From positions 109,091 to 173,090 of the forward strand of contig JBBPII010000008.1 in the NCBI GenBank assembly GCA_038040385.1: DNA of 64,000 nt. Reading direction: 5' to 3'. Every line of letters starts with the position of its first letter. Positions within the stretch are counted from its first letter, which is position 1. A program made the position numbers and the translations under genes. Under the pieces are notes generated by a model that worked only from the letters and a program-made list of their open reading frames with translations, was not told where the DNA came from and made no database searches. Source of the DNA: Candidatus Gilichinskyi gelida. GTDB lineage: Bacteria; Acidobacteriota; Thermoanaerobaculia; Gp7-AA8. This document shows positions 28,722 through 39,788 of the stretch, in pieces.

Positions 28722-29750
28722 ATGACCGATCCCCATACCCGCCACACCCGTGGTCTTCTGGTGGTCATCCTCCTCGGCGTGATCTTCCTCGCCCTCCTCG
28801 GGCTGATCATCGTCAACAGCGGCCGGCGCCCCGGCAAGCCGCCCGGCCAGTCGGAGACGCTCTCGGTGCTTCCGCTGCGGCTGCGCCTCCGCACGCAGCC
28901 CGCGGCGACCGCGCCGGTGGTGGCCACGGCAACGAGCGGCGAGAAGCTGATCGTGCTCGAGGATCGCGGCGCATGGGTGCGCGTACAGGACGAGGAAGGA
29001 CTCGCCGGCTGGGCGGAGCGGAACGCGCTGGAGCGGACCTCCGAGCGCGACCGGCGCCTGGGGCGCTACGAGGCGATCAAGAAGATGCCGGCGCTGAGCG
29101 CGATCGCCACCGCGCGCACGCCGCTCTACGCCGGGCCGGGGATCTTCTACCCCATCATCGGCGAGCTGCCGTCCGACACGCAGGTGCGCGTCTACACCCG
29201 CGACCACGACTTCTACGCCATCGATCACAACGGCCAGATCGCATACGCGGACGTCGACGCCATCGACGTCAGCGCCGCCGGCACGCGGCAGCTCGAAGTG
29301 CACACCGAGGGACCGGCGCCGACGGAGACCACGGCGTCGTCGGAGCCGCCCGCACTTGGCCTGAGCGGAGTGGAAGGCACCCCGGCCATGCCGGAGCCGC
29401 AGACCGCCACCGAGGCGCCGGCGCCGCAGCCGGAGCCGGCGCAGGTGGACCGCAGCGCCGTCTACGCCGCCGTGCCGGCGGGGGGAACGCAGCCGGAGGA
29501 GGTCGACCGCGTGATGCCGCGCTATCCCGCGATGGCGCGGCGGGCGGGGGTGGAGGGGTCGGTGGTGGTGCGCGGCATCGTCCGCCGCGACGGCACCATC
29601 GACGACGTGGAGATCATCAAGGACCTCCCCTTCGGCCTCGGCCAGTCCGCGCGCGACGCGGTGTCGCAGTGGAGGTTTCGACCGGCGACTGTTCGAGGAG
29701 AGCCCATCGACGTTTATTACACGGTGACGGTGAATTTCCGCCTGCAGTGA
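28722..29750 (+). CDS. TonB-family protein: N-terminal TM anchor, SH3-like region, Pro/Glu-rich spacer, TonB C-terminal domain
   Basis: TM helix LLVVILLGVIFLALLGLIIV, spacer PAPTETT...PEPQTATEAPAPQPEP, and a C-terminal VMPRYPAMARRAGVEGSVVVRGIVRRDGTIDDVEIIK...GEPIDVYYTVTVNFRL TonB_C fold. Confidence 0.7.
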   Translation: MTDPHTRHTRGLLVVILLGVIFLALLGLIIVNSGRRPGKPPGQSETLSVLPLRLRLRTQPAATAPVVATATSGEKLIVLEDRGAWVRVQDEEGLAGWAERNALERTSERDRRLGRYEAIKKMPALSAIATARTPLYAGPGIFYPIIGELPSDTQVRVYTRDHDFYAIDHNGQIAYADVDAIDVSAAGTRQLEVHTEGPAPTETTASSEPPALGLSGVEGTPAMPEPQTATEAPAPQPEPAQVDRSAVYAAVPAGGTQPEEVDRVMPRYPAMARRAGVEGSVVVRGIVRRDGTIDDVEIIKDLPFGLGQSARDAVSQWRFRPATVRGEPIDVYYTVTVNFRLQ

Positions 29751-29751
29751 G

Positions 29752-29818
29752 GGGTTGCGGGGTCTCGCAGCCACACCCACCGCGAGACCGCGCGACCCCG
29801 AGACCGCGCAACCGCAAC
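29752..29818. repeat. Tandem-octamer palindrome, GCGGTCTC family, copy 1
   Basis: GGTTGCGGGGTCTCGC...GCGAGACCGCGCGACCCCGAGACCGCGCAACCGCAACC, between the TonB-like gene and nfo. The core CGCGACCCCGAGACC(G/T)CGCAACC is shared with 41693-41766. Confidence 0.7.
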
Positions 29819-29819
29819 C

Positions 29820-30689
29820 ATGTCCCGCTTCGCTTTCGAAACCGCTCCCGGCGACCTCCTCGGCGCGCACACATCCACCAGAGGCGGCCTTCCCACCGCG
29901 TTCGAGCGCGCCTCGGCCATCGACGCCACGGCCATCGCCATCTTCGCCAAGAACTCGAACCAGTGGGTCGGCAAGCCGCTGACGGACGAATTGCGCGCGG
30001 AGTTCGCGGCGAAACGCACCGTCGCGCCGGTGATGACGCACGCGTCGTATCTGATCAACCTGGCCGCGACGAACGATCTCTTTCACCGCAAGGCCGTCGC
30101 GGCGATGATCGACGAGCTCGATCGCGCCGAGCGCCTGGGCATCCACGCCGTGGTGCTCCATCCCGGCGCGCACATGGGGGCGGGCGCGGGGGCGGGGCTC
30201 GACCAGATCGCCCGCTCTCTCGACGCCATCCACGCCGCGACGCCCTTCCGCGCGGTCACCCTGCTGGAGACCGCGGCAGGACAGGGCTCTTGCCTCGGCT
30301 GCTCGTTCGAAGAACTGGGGCGGATCATCGCCGCGGTCGACGACAAGTCGCGCGTCGGCATCTGCATCGACACCTGCCACGTCTTCGCCGCCGGCTACGA
30401 CATCCGCACACGCGACGGGTGGGAACGGATGATCGACGAGGTGGAGCGCTTCGTCGGCGTCGACAACGTCGGCGCCTTTCACCTCAACGATTCGAAGAAA
30501 CCGCTCGGCTCGCGCGTCGACCGCCACCAGCACATCGGCGAGGGGCAGATCGGCGTGGAGGCCTTCGCCTTCGTTCTGAACGACCCGCGCTTCCGCCGCA
30601 TCCCGAAGGTGATCGAGACGCCGAAGGACGTCGAGCACGAGTCGGATCGGAAGAATCTCGCTACACTTCGCGCGCTCCTGTGCGCGTAG
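29820..30689 (+). CDS. nfo: Endonuclease IV (AP endonuclease, TIM barrel)
   Basis: LGAHTSTRGGL, HASYLINLA, HPGAHMG and LLETAAGQG match endonuclease IV. 289 aa. Confidence 0.88.
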   Translation: MSRFAFETAPGDLLGAHTSTRGGLPTAFERASAIDATAIAIFAKNSNQWVGKPLTDELRAEFAAKRTVAPVMTHASYLINLAATNDLFHRKAVAAMIDELDRAERLGIHAVVLHPGAHMGAGAGAGLDQIARSLDAIHAATPFRAVTLLETAAGQGSCLGCSFEELGRIIAAVDDKSRVGICIDTCHVFAAGYDIRTRDGWERMIDEVERFVGVDNVGAFHLNDSKKPLGSRVDRHQHIGEGQIGVEAFAFVLNDPRFRRIPKVIETPKDVEHESDRKNLATLRALLCA

Positions 30690-31400
30690 CGATCACCCGC
30701 CCCGTCCCGCCCACCCTCGCAAATTGCGAGCTGACGCATCTGGCGCGCGAGCCGATCGACGTCGCGCGCGCCGAGGCGCAACACGCGAAGTACGAGTCGC
30801 TGCTCGAGGAGCTGGGGTGCGTGGTGCGGCGCCTGCCGCTGCGCGCGGACCTTCCGGACTCGGTGTTCGTGGAGGACGCAGCTATAGTGCTGGATACTAT
30901 AGTAGTGATTACTATACCTGGTGCGGCGTCGCGGCGCGCGGAGACCGAAGACGTCGCCGACGCGCTGGGCGAGTATCGCGAGCTCGCGTACATCGAGGCG
31001 CCCGGCACGGTCGACGGCGGCGATGTGCTGCGGGTGGGCGGACGGTGGTTCGTGGGGCGCTCCAGCCGCACCAACGACGAGGGCATCCGGCAGCTCCGGA
31101 AGTTCATCCCCGTCGAGGTCGTCGACTTTCGCGGCTGCTTGCATCTGAAGTCGGCGATCACCGCGATCGGCGACGACACCGTCATCATCAATCCGGCCTG
31201 GGTCGATCCGTTCGGCCCGCATATCGCGGTACATTCCGACGAGCCGTTCGCCGCGAACGTGCTGTTGCTGGGAGAAATCGTCGTCAGCGGACTCTACCCG
31301 CGCACTGTCGAGCGGCTGGAGCGCGCGAGGAGAAACGTCCGCACCGTCGACGCCTCCGAGCTGGCCAAGGCGGAAGGAGGCGTGACGTGTTGCAGCATCA

Positions 31401-31408
<8 letters not shown>
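30680..31408 (+). CDS. Amidinotransferase-superfamily enzyme (dimethylarginine dimethylaminohydrolase / arginine-deiminase-like)
   Basis: GTG start overlapping the nfo 3' end. GCLHLKS and a C-terminal catalytic Cys ([10 protein letters not shown]) resemble the DDAH/amidinotransferase fold. The assignment is approximate. Confidence 0.55.
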
Positions 31409-32633
<1,225 letters not shown>

Positions 32634-32735
32634 GGAGCGCCGGCGTCCTCGCCGGCTGGCCCGCAGGCGTCCCGCCTGCAGATATCGGGCGGCGGGACGC
32701 CGCCCGGCCAGCCGCCGGGACGGCGGCGTTCCGCG

Positions 32736-33731
32736 CTAGAACACGATCGTCCACCCCGGCTCGTTCGCCTGCTTCTGCGTGTACGACACGCCGTCGACCT
32801 TCAGCCCCTGCTCGTTGAGCACGGTGATGATGCCGCCTTTGTTCGAGAGCTGCATCGGCGGGGCGATGGTCACCAGCAGCGCCGCCCCGGCGGCGATGGT
32901 GCCGCTCAGCGCGAACTTGTTCTTGTTCTTGTCCGCCAGCGCCCAGCCGGCGAGGTTCACCGGCTGCGGCGACGCGTTGAGCAGCGTCACCGTCTCCACC
33001 TCCGGCGACTGAATCGAGTTCGCCAGCGCGGCCACCACCCGCACCAGGCCATTGGGCTCGCCCACGATCTTGACGTCCGTCTCCGCGGTCGTGTGGCCGC
33101 TCTTGTCGTCGGTGTGCCACGCCTGCGACTGGAACTTGAGGAACATCCCCACCCACTGGTTGTGCGTCGGGAAGTGGAAGAGAAGCCCGCCGTCCTGCCA
33201 CACGCCGTCGTCCTTTTTGAACTGCGAGGAGTTCCCCTGATTCATGTGGATGTCGTGGACGCCGTTGCCCGGCTTGAATCCGAAGATCTTGTCCTTCGCC
33301 GTCTCCGGACCCCAGCGTGCGCCGAACGCGTAGAGCATGGCGCTCTCGTCGCCCATGGCGCGCTGGACGTAGTGGTCGATCTTCTCGTTGAGATCGTTGT
33401 CCGCGCCGCCGGCATCGATCGGCAGCGGCACCATCTTGGTTCGATCGAAGATGTTGGCGCGGATGTAGTCGAGCGCCACGCCGCCCGGCTTCGGCGGCAG
33501 CTCCTTGAAGCCGCTGGGCATCGTCGCCAACTCGGTGAGGATGTGATGCTCGAAGTGCTCGTCGACGATGAACTCGACCTCGGACGGGCTCTGAGACGAG
33601 CGGACGTTCACCGCGATGCGGTAGTCCGTGTCGTCGTCGATCATGAGGATCTGGTAGTGCGGACTGTCGCCTGTGCCGAGGCGGCGCTGGATGGCGCGGC
33701 CGACGAGGACTCCGTATCGAGCGATGGGCAT
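32736..33731 (-). CDS. DUF2278 (YukJ-like) domain fused to a C-terminal lamin-tail-like domain
   Basis: HYQILMIDDDTDYRIAVNV and the following ~230 aa match the YukJ/DUF2278 family. The C-terminal TLLNASPQPVNLAGWALADKNKNKFALSGTIAAGAALLV resembles an LTD. Confidence 0.55.
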   Translation of the reverse strand: MPIARYGVLVGRAIQRRLGTGDSPHYQILMIDDDTDYRIAVNVRSSQSPSEVEFIVDEHFEHHILTELATMPSGFKELPPKPGGVALDYIRANIFDRTKMVPLPIDAGGADNDLNEKIDHYVQRAMGDESAMLYAFGARWGPETAKDKIFGFKPGNGVHDIHMNQGNSSQFKKDDGVWQDGGLLFHFPTHNQWVGMFLKFQSQAWHTDDKSGHTTAETDVKIVGEPNGLVRVVAALANSIQSPEVETVTLLNASPQPVNLAGWALADKNKNKFALSGTIAAGAALLVTIAPPMQLSNKGGIITVLNEQGLKVDGVSYTQKQANEPGWTIVF

Positions 33732-33826
33732 GAAACCTCCGTTGCCAGTTGCGTGACGGTAACTAGTGGCGGCGAACGCCGAACCGTTTCAGCCTTACGG
33801 TTTCGGCCTAGTCCTACAATGGCGGC

Positions 33827-35957
33827 TTGATCGGCCAGACCGTCTCGCATTACAGAATTGAGTCGAAGCTCGGCGCGGGCGGGATGGGGGTCGTCTACAA
33901 GGCGATCGACCTTCGCCTCGGCCGCACCGTGGCCCTGAAGTTTCTCCCGCCCGACGTCACACGTGCCGCCGAAGCGAAGCAGCGGTTCATCCGCGAGGCG
34001 CAGTCCGCGTCGTCACTCGATCATCCCAACATCTGTACGATCTACGAGTTCGACGAGACGGCCGACGGCCAACTCTTCTTCGCCATGGCCTACTACGAAG
34101 GAGACACGCTGCGGAGGAGACTCGAACGCGGCGAACTGACGATGGATGAGGCGGTCGAGGTGGCGATCCAGGTGTGCCGCGGATTGGGAAAGGCCCACCA
34201 GAAAGGCATCATCCATCGCGACATCAAGCCGGCAAACCTGATGTTCAGCAGCGACGGTGTGGTGAAGATCGTCGATTTCGGCCTGGCCAAGCTGGGAGGC
34301 GACCGGACGCTGACGCGCGAGGGAAGCACGGTCGGCTCGCCGCCGTACATGTCGCCGGAGCAAGTCGCCGGCCGGCCGCTCGATCACCGCACGGACATCT
34401 GGTCCCTCGGCGTGGTTCTCTACGAGAGTCTGACCGGACGGCTGCCGTTTTACGGCGAGAGTGATCGCGTAATCTTTCACGCCATCCTGGAACAGCAAGC
34501 ACCGCCGGCCCACCGCGCGCTCGACAGAATCATCGAGCGCTGCCTGGCCAAGGAGTCGACAGCCGTTACAGGGACGCGGCCGAACTGGCGGAGGATCTCC
34601 GGCTGGCCGCGACCGGCGTTTCGGACACCCTGCAATCGAGGACCGTGCCGAGACTGCAGGCGGAGCCGGCGGAGTGTTCCATCGCCGTCCTTCCGTTCGC
34701 GGACATGAGTCCCGTCCGCGACCAGGATTATTTTTGCGAGGGCGTGGCCGAGGAAATCCTCAACTCGCTGACCCACATCGACGGTCTGCGCGTCGCCTCG
34801 CGGACCTCGCATTCCAGTTCAAGGGATCGGCACAAGACATCCGGAGAATCGGCGAACAGCTTCGGGTGACGACCATTCTGGAAGGGAGCGTGCGAAAGGC
34901 GGGAGACCGGCTTCGCGTCACTGTGCAGTTGATCAGCGCGGCGGACGGGTATCACCTCTGGTCCAAGCGTTACGACGGCAGAATCGACGACATCTTCGAG
35001 ATTCAGGACGAGATTGCCGAGCAGACCGCGCATGCCCTCGAGCCGCTGTTCCGAGGGAGGTTGCAAGGGGCGCCGAAGGCGCAAAGGACGGAGATCGAGG
35101 CTTACGACTATTACCTGCGGGGCCGCCAGTATTTTGTGGGGCTGCGCCAGCGTTCGCTGGAGCTGGCGCGTGAAATGTTCGAGCGCTCGGCGGCCATCGA
35201 TCCCCGGTACTCTCTCGCCTATACCGGCATCGCCGACACCTCCTCCTGGCTCTTCATGTGGTTTGGAGGAAGGGAGAGCGACGGGAAGAAGGCCGAGGAG
35301 GCTAGCCGGCAGGCGATCGCGCTGACTCCCGACCTCGCCGAGGCGCACGTGTCGCGCGGCCTCGCGCTGTTGGCCGGCGGAAAGCATGACGATGCCGCGC
35401 ACGAATTCCAGGTTGCCGTCGATCGGAATCCAAATCTTTTCGACGCCTGGTATTCCTATGGCCGAACACGATTTGCGCAAGGCCGATTCGAGGAGGCAGC
35501 CGAGCTTTCCCTCAAAGCTGCCGAGGTTCGCGCCGATGATTATCAATCACTGAGCGTGGCGGCGATGGCTCTCCGAAGGCTCGATGCACAGGAGCGATTT
35601 CGCAAGGCCGCGGAGGAAGCGCTGCGGCGGATCGAGCGCCGGCTGGAGATCGATCCCAACGATTCGCGGGCCCTCTACCTCGGAGCCGACCACCTCCTGC
35701 TGCTGGGCCGAGAGCGCGATCGTGCCGAGGCGATGATCGCAAGGTCGCTCGAGATCGACCCCCAGGACGGCATCGTGCTGTACAACGCGGCCTGCTTCTA
35801 CTCGCTCGCTGGTGAGGTGGATAAATCGCTCGATTGGCTGGAGCGAGCGGCACAGCAGCATGGGTTTTCTCTGAGCGATTGGATCGCCAACGATCCCGAC
35901 ATGGACGCCGTGCGCGACCATCCCCGATTTCAGCAGATCGTCTCGCGGATGCGCTGA
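33827..35957 (+). pseudogene. Ser/Thr protein kinase – TolB-N-like – TPR-repeat protein interrupted by two 1-nt frameshifts
   Basis: Kinase subdomains GAGGMGVVYKA, HRDIKPANL, DFGLAK and SPPYMSPE end in frame 0 near 34560. The +1 frame continues YRDAAELAEDL...SIAVLPFADMSPVRDQDYFCEGVAEEILNSL...RVASRTS to ~34805. A third frame continues AFQFKGSAQDIRRIGEQLRVTTILEGSVR... through the TPRs to 35957. Confidence 0.6.
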
Positions 35958-35964
35958 CGATTCC

Positions 35965-36615
35965 TTACGATTCCGCGGGCCGCCACGCCAGGAACCACGG
36001 CTCGCGCCGCCCGAACTTCGTCGCCAGCGCTGTGCCGACGCCGAAGACCGACATCAGCGCCCAAACGATGGTGCCGACCACCGGGATCAGCCGGATCGCG
36101 CCGAGGATCAGAACGCCGACGACCACCATGGCCAGGTCGCCGCGCAGCCAGCGACGGCGCTCCAGCGCCTGGCGCGAGCGCGCGCCGGCGATGACCGTGC
36201 CGAGGGCGTGGAAGACGGCGATGGCGCCGTAGATCTTGGTCACGATGGCGAAGACCGCGAGCGCGATCAGCAGCGGCACGCCGATCACCGACGGGAAGTA
36301 GCTGAAGACGATCGCCGTCAAGACAAAGCTGGTGATGGCCACCAGGCCGAGGGCGAAGCAGTGCAGCGCGCTGGCGCGCAACTCGACCGACGAGTAACGC
36401 ACTTCGCGCGCGCTCATCAGCGTCACCACCACCGCGGCGATGAGCCAGACGAACAGCAGCGACAGGATGACCGCGGTGCGCTGCAACATGGCCAGGCCGC
36501 CGGCGAGGGTGAAGTCGGATGGGCGGACGTCCAGCGCGGCGGGCGTAGCGATGCTCGCCGTCACCAGCATCGCGGCGCCGATCGCCAGGACCAGAAGGCC
36601 GCGCCCCCTAGCCAT
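35965..36615 (-). CDS. Hypothetical polytopic membrane protein
   Basis: 216 aa with 5–6 predicted TM helices, immediately downstream of the anti-sigma gene with a 4-nt overlap. Confidence 0.5.
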   Translation of the reverse strand: MARGRGLLVLAIGAAMLVTASIATPAALDVRPSDFTLAGGLAMLQRTAVILSLLFVWLIAAVVVTLMSAREVRYSSVELRASALHCFALGLVAITSFVLTAIVFSYFPSVIGVPLLIALAVFAIVTKIYGAIAVFHALGTVIAGARSRQALERRRWLRGDLAMVVVGVLILGAIRLIPVVGTIVWALMSVFGVGTALATKFGRREPWFLAWRPAES

Positions 36616-37042
36616 TGATCCCCCGCGGCGCCCGGCGCAGCAGCACGACGAGCGCGGTATTCACGGCGATGAAAAGGAAGCCGAAGGCGATCTGCCACAC
36701 GGTGGACGCCTGGCGCAGCGCGAGCGCGGCGTCGCTGATACTCGTCCGCGCGGTGGTCATGGTGCTGAACGACGACTGCACCACGCGCAGCGGCGGCACG
36801 CCCGCCCAGAAGCAGACGGCGACGGCGACGACCAGCACGAACAGCGCGCCGCCCGCGACCAGCGGCCACGGCCGGTGCGACGCTCCCTCCCACGGCGCGA
36901 GCGGCAGCGCGCCGGCCGGCATCGGCTCGGCGTCGAGCGGCAGGCCGAGGGTCTCGAAGAGTGCGCGGCAGTCCGCGCATTCGGCGACGTGGCCCGGATG
37001 CGTCTCCGGCTCCTCGAGATATCGCTGACAGGCTTCCTTCAT
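36608..37042 (-). CDS. zf-HC2 (ZAS-type) membrane anti-sigma factor
   Basis: N-terminal HPGHVAECADC (HxxxCxxC) followed by one TM helix. Overlaps the sigma gene stop (ATGA). Confidence 0.7.
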   Translation of the reverse strand: MKEACQRYLEEPETHPGHVAECADCRALFETLGLPLDAEPMPAGALPLAPWEGASHRPWPLVAGGALFVLVVAVAVCFWAGVPPLRVVQSSFSTMTTARTSISDAALALRQASTVWQIAFGFLFIAVNTALVVLLRRAPRGING

Positions 37043-37623
37043 AGGGGTTCCACGAATCCTTCGAGCGTCTCCTTGAGCATGTTACGCGCCCGGAAGAGCT
37101 TGTTCTTGACCGTGCCGAGCGGCAGTTTCTTCATCGAAGCGATCTCTTCGTACGACAGCTCGGCGAAGTGGCGGAGCTGGATCAGCTCGCGGTAATCCGG
37201 CGGCAGCTCGACCACGGCCTTGTCGATGGCCGCGGCGAGCTGCTTGTTCTTCAACGCGCGATAGGGGGAGACGCCGGGGTCGGCGAATTCACGGTCCTTC
37301 GTCTCCTCGTCGTTACTCTGCTTGGCGATCGGCACCTCGGCGATGCTCTTCTTCCGCAGCGCGTCGATGGCGCTGTTCTGGGCGATCCGGAACAACCACG
37401 TCGAGAACTGGTACTTCGGATCGTATCGATCGAGGGCGACGAACACTTTGACGAAGATCTCCTGGGTGAGATCGTGAGCCTCTTCGTAGCGATGGGTGAT
37501 CCGGTACACGTAGTTGACGACGCGCTTCTCGTAGCGCTTCACCAGCTCCGTGAACCGGTCCCGATCGCCCTCGAGGACTCGCGCGACGAGCGCGCGATCA
37601 TCGAGCTGCTCACGTTCAGCCAT
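37039..37623 (-). CDS. ECF sigma factor
   Basis: Sigma-70 region 2 (DLTQEIFVKVFVALDRYDP) and region 4 (LSYEEIASMKKLPLGTVKNKLFRAR). Start taken at the internal Met (MAEREQLDD). Confidence 0.82.
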   Translation of the reverse strand: MAEREQLDDRALVARVLEGDRDRFTELVKRYEKRVVNYVYRITHRYEEAHDLTQEIFVKVFVALDRYDPKYQFSTWLFRIAQNSAIDALRKKSIAEVPIAKQSNDEETKDREFADPGVSPYRALKNKQLAAAIDKAVVELPPDYRELIQLRHFAELSYEEIASMKKLPLGTVKNKLFRARNMLKETLEGFVEPL

Positions 37624-37684
37624 CCGGTCTTTACGGCTCCATTTCGGAAAGGTTTTCCGCCGCGCGGATGATACCTTTGCCGGT

Positions 37685-37784
37685 GTCATCCCGAGCCGCG
37701 AAGACGGCGAGGGATCCCCCGCCTACGGAGCGATCCGTTTCACACTGCGGGGGATCCCTCGCGCTCTTCGGCGCTCGGGATGAC
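37685..37784. repeat. REP/MITE-like palindromic element, divergent copy E
   Basis: GTCATCCCGAGCCGCGAAGACGGCGAGGGATCCCCC, a 28-nt loop, then GGGGGATCCCTCGCGCTCTTCGGCGCTCGGGATGAC. Sits between the divergent sigma and ABC genes. Confidence 0.75.
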
Positions 37785-37796
37785 ACGGCCACGCTC

Positions 37797-38513
37797 ATGA
37801 TCGAAGTCCGAAATCTCACAAAGAAATACGGGGAGTTCACGGCGGTCGACGAGGTCTCGCTGGAGGTCCGCCGCGGCGAGATTTTCGGCTTCCTCGGCCC
37901 CAACGGCGCGGGCAAGACCACCACCATCCGCATTCTCGCCGGGCTCTCGCTGCCGACCTCGGGCGAGGTGCGCATCGACGGCCTCGACGTGGTCAAGGAG
38001 GGCCTCCGGATCAAGGCCATGACCGGCTACGTCCCCGACCGCCCCTTCCTCTACGAGAAGCTGACCGGCCGCGAGCTGCTGCAGTTCGTGGCCAATCTCT
38101 ACCGCCGGGAGTGGCCGGACTGCGAAGCGCGGGCGATGGAGTTGCTGCGCTATTTCGACATCGAGCAGTGGGCCGACGCGCGGATCGAGAACCTCTCGCA
38201 CGGAATGAAGCAGAAGCTCGTGCTCGTCTCCGCTTTGGTGCACGACCCCGCGCTGCTGATCATCGACGAGCCGATGGTCGGCCTCGACGCGCTGGCGCAG
38301 AAGCAGGTGAAGCTGCTCATGCGCCGCCTGGCCGAGGAGAAGAAGACGGTGTTCCTGACCACGCACACGCTCTCGGTGGCCGAGGCGGTCTGCGACCGGA
38401 TCGCCATCATCAACCACGGACGGATCGTCGCCAGCGGCACGACCGCGGAGTTGAAGAGCGATCGGGCGCTGGAAGAGGTGTTCCTGGAGCTGACGTACCC
38501 AACGTCATCCTGA
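37797..38513 (+). CDS. ABC transporter ATP-binding protein with no adjacent permease
   Basis: Walker A GPNGAGKTT, signature LSHGMKQKL, Walker B LLIIDEP. Its last codons plus stop (..YPTSS*) lie inside REP copy B. Confidence 0.85.
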   Translation: MIEVRNLTKKYGEFTAVDEVSLEVRRGEIFGFLGPNGAGKTTTIRILAGLSLPTSGEVRIDGLDVVKEGLRIKAMTGYVPDRPFLYEKLTGRELLQFVANLYRREWPDCEARAMELLRYFDIEQWADARIENLSHGMKQKLVLVSALVHDPALLIIDEPMVGLDALAQKQVKLLMRRLAEEKKTVFLTTHTLSVAEAVCDRIAIINHGRIVASGTTAELKSDRALEEVFLELTYPTSS

Positions 38514-38580
38514 GCCGCGCAGACGGCGAAGGATCTCCGCGGCTGAGATCCTTCGCCGCGCTTCGCCGGCTCAGGATGAC
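38504..38580. repeat. REP/MITE-like palindromic element, copy B
   Basis: Left arm identical to copy A; right arm GAGATCCTTCGCCGCGCTTCGCCGGCTCAGGATGAC. Contains the ABC stop (TGA at 38511-38513) and the prmC ATG (38576-38578). Confidence 0.85.
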
Positions 38581-39379
38581 GCTCGAGACGATCGCTGATT
38601 TGCGCGCGAAGCTACGCGGCCTGATCGACCCTCGCGACGCCGACCTCCTCATCGCCGACGCCGCCGGCCGCACCCGCGCCTGGGTGCTCGCGCACGGCGA
38701 CGAGTTGATCGACGCCGCGCCCATCGAGGCGCTCGCCGCGCGGCGCGCCGCGGGCGAGCCGCTGCAGTACATCCGCGGGCGCTGCGACTTTTTCGGCCGC
38801 GAGTTCCTGGTCGACGACCGGGTGCTGATTCCGCGGCCGGAGACGGAACTGCTGGTGGAGACGGCGATCATGCGCGCGCCGCGCGGGGCGCGGGTGGTGG
38901 ACGTCGGCGCCGGCAGCGGCTGCGTGGCCATCTCGCTGGAGCGGGCGCGGACGGACTTGAAGGTCGTCGCCGTGGATGTCTCCATCGGCGCGCTGGCGGT
39001 GGCGGCGCGCAACGCCCGCGCGCACAAGTCGCGCGCGCGCTTCGCCGCGTCCGACCTCCTCGGCTCGCTTCGCGGCGCGTTCGACGTCATCGTCTCCAAC
39101 CCCCCCTACATCGCCGGCAGCGACGTCGCCGGCCTGCAGGTGGAGGTCCGCGATCACGAGCCGCGCGCCGCCCTCACGCCCGGCCCGCGCGGAACGGAGA
39201 TCATCGAGCGCATCTACGACGCCGCGGGAGCGGCTATGGTCATCCTGGAGATCGGTTTCGGGCAGGAGCGGGCCGTGCGCGAGGCCGCGGCGGCGCGCGG
39301 ATTCACGGTCGAGGAGGTGCGCAACGACCTCGCCGGCATTCCGCGCGTCGTCGTATCATCGCCCCATGGTCGGCAATGA
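38576..39379 (+). CDS. prmC: Release-factor glutamine methyltransferase (HemK)
   Basis: NPPY motif (VSNPPYIAG), a SAM-binding VVDVGAGSGCVAIS motif, and N-terminal similarity to PrmC. 267 aa. Confidence 0.85.
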   Translation: MTLETIADLRAKLRGLIDPRDADLLIADAAGRTRAWVLAHGDELIDAAPIEALAARRAAGEPLQYIRGRCDFFGREFLVDDRVLIPRPETELLVETAIMRAPRGARVVDVGAGSGCVAISLERARTDLKVVAVDVSIGALAVAARNARAHKSRARFAASDLLGSLRGAFDVIVSNPPYIAGSDVAGLQVEVRDHEPRAALTPGPRGTEIIERIYDAAGAAMVILEIGFGQERAVREAAAARGFTVEEVRNDLAGIPRVVVSSPHGRQ

Positions 39380-39719
39380 AAAATGCCTCTTCTGCCGCAT
39401 CGCGAACGGCGAGATCACGGCGCGCAAGGTCTACGAGGACGACGACGTCGTCGCCTTCCACGACATCAACCCGCAGGCGCCCACACACGTGCTGGTCATC
39501 CCGCGCAAGCACATCCCCACGCTCGACGATCTGACCGAAGCCGACGCCGCGACCGTCGGCACCGCGCTGGTTCGCACGGCGCGCATCGCCCACGAGCTGC
39601 ACTTGAGCTCCGACGGCTATCGCGTGGTCGCCAACAACGGCGAGGCGGCCGGGCAGACGGTGTTTCACATCCACTTCCATCTGCTGGGGGGGAGAAATTT
39701 CGGGTGGCCGCCCGGGTAG
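39366..39719 (+). CDS. HIT-family (histidine triad) nucleotide hydrolase
   Basis: HIHFHLLGG triad motif plus PQAPTHVLVIPRKHI. 117 aa, overlapping the prmC 3' end. Confidence 0.85.
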   Translation: MVGNEKCLFCRIANGEITARKVYEDDDVVAFHDINPQAPTHVLVIPRKHIPTLDDLTEADAATVGTALVRTARIAHELHLSSDGYRVVANNGEAAGQTVFHIHFHLLGGRNFGWPPG

Positions 39720-39720
39720 G

Positions 39721-39785
39721 TTCGCTGTTGACCGTTGGCCGTTGGCCGAAACCCCTCGGTCAACAGTCAACAGTCAACGGCGAAC
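39721..39785. repeat. Tandem-heptamer palindrome, GTTGNC family, copy H1 (terminator-like)
   Basis: TTCGCTGTTGACCGTTGGCCGTTGGCCG, loop AAACCCCTC, then GGTCAACAGTCAACAGTCAACGGCGAA. Located between the convergent HIT and AI-2E genes. Confidence 0.75.
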
Positions 39786-39788
39786 GCG

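Noticed and set aside
30880-30925. AT-rich segment with ACTATAG direct repeats inside the amidinotransferase gene
   Set aside because: It is in frame and encodes a plausible hydrophobic beta-strand ([16 protein letters not shown]). It is probably just codon choice for an Ile/Val/Thr run and not an inserted element.
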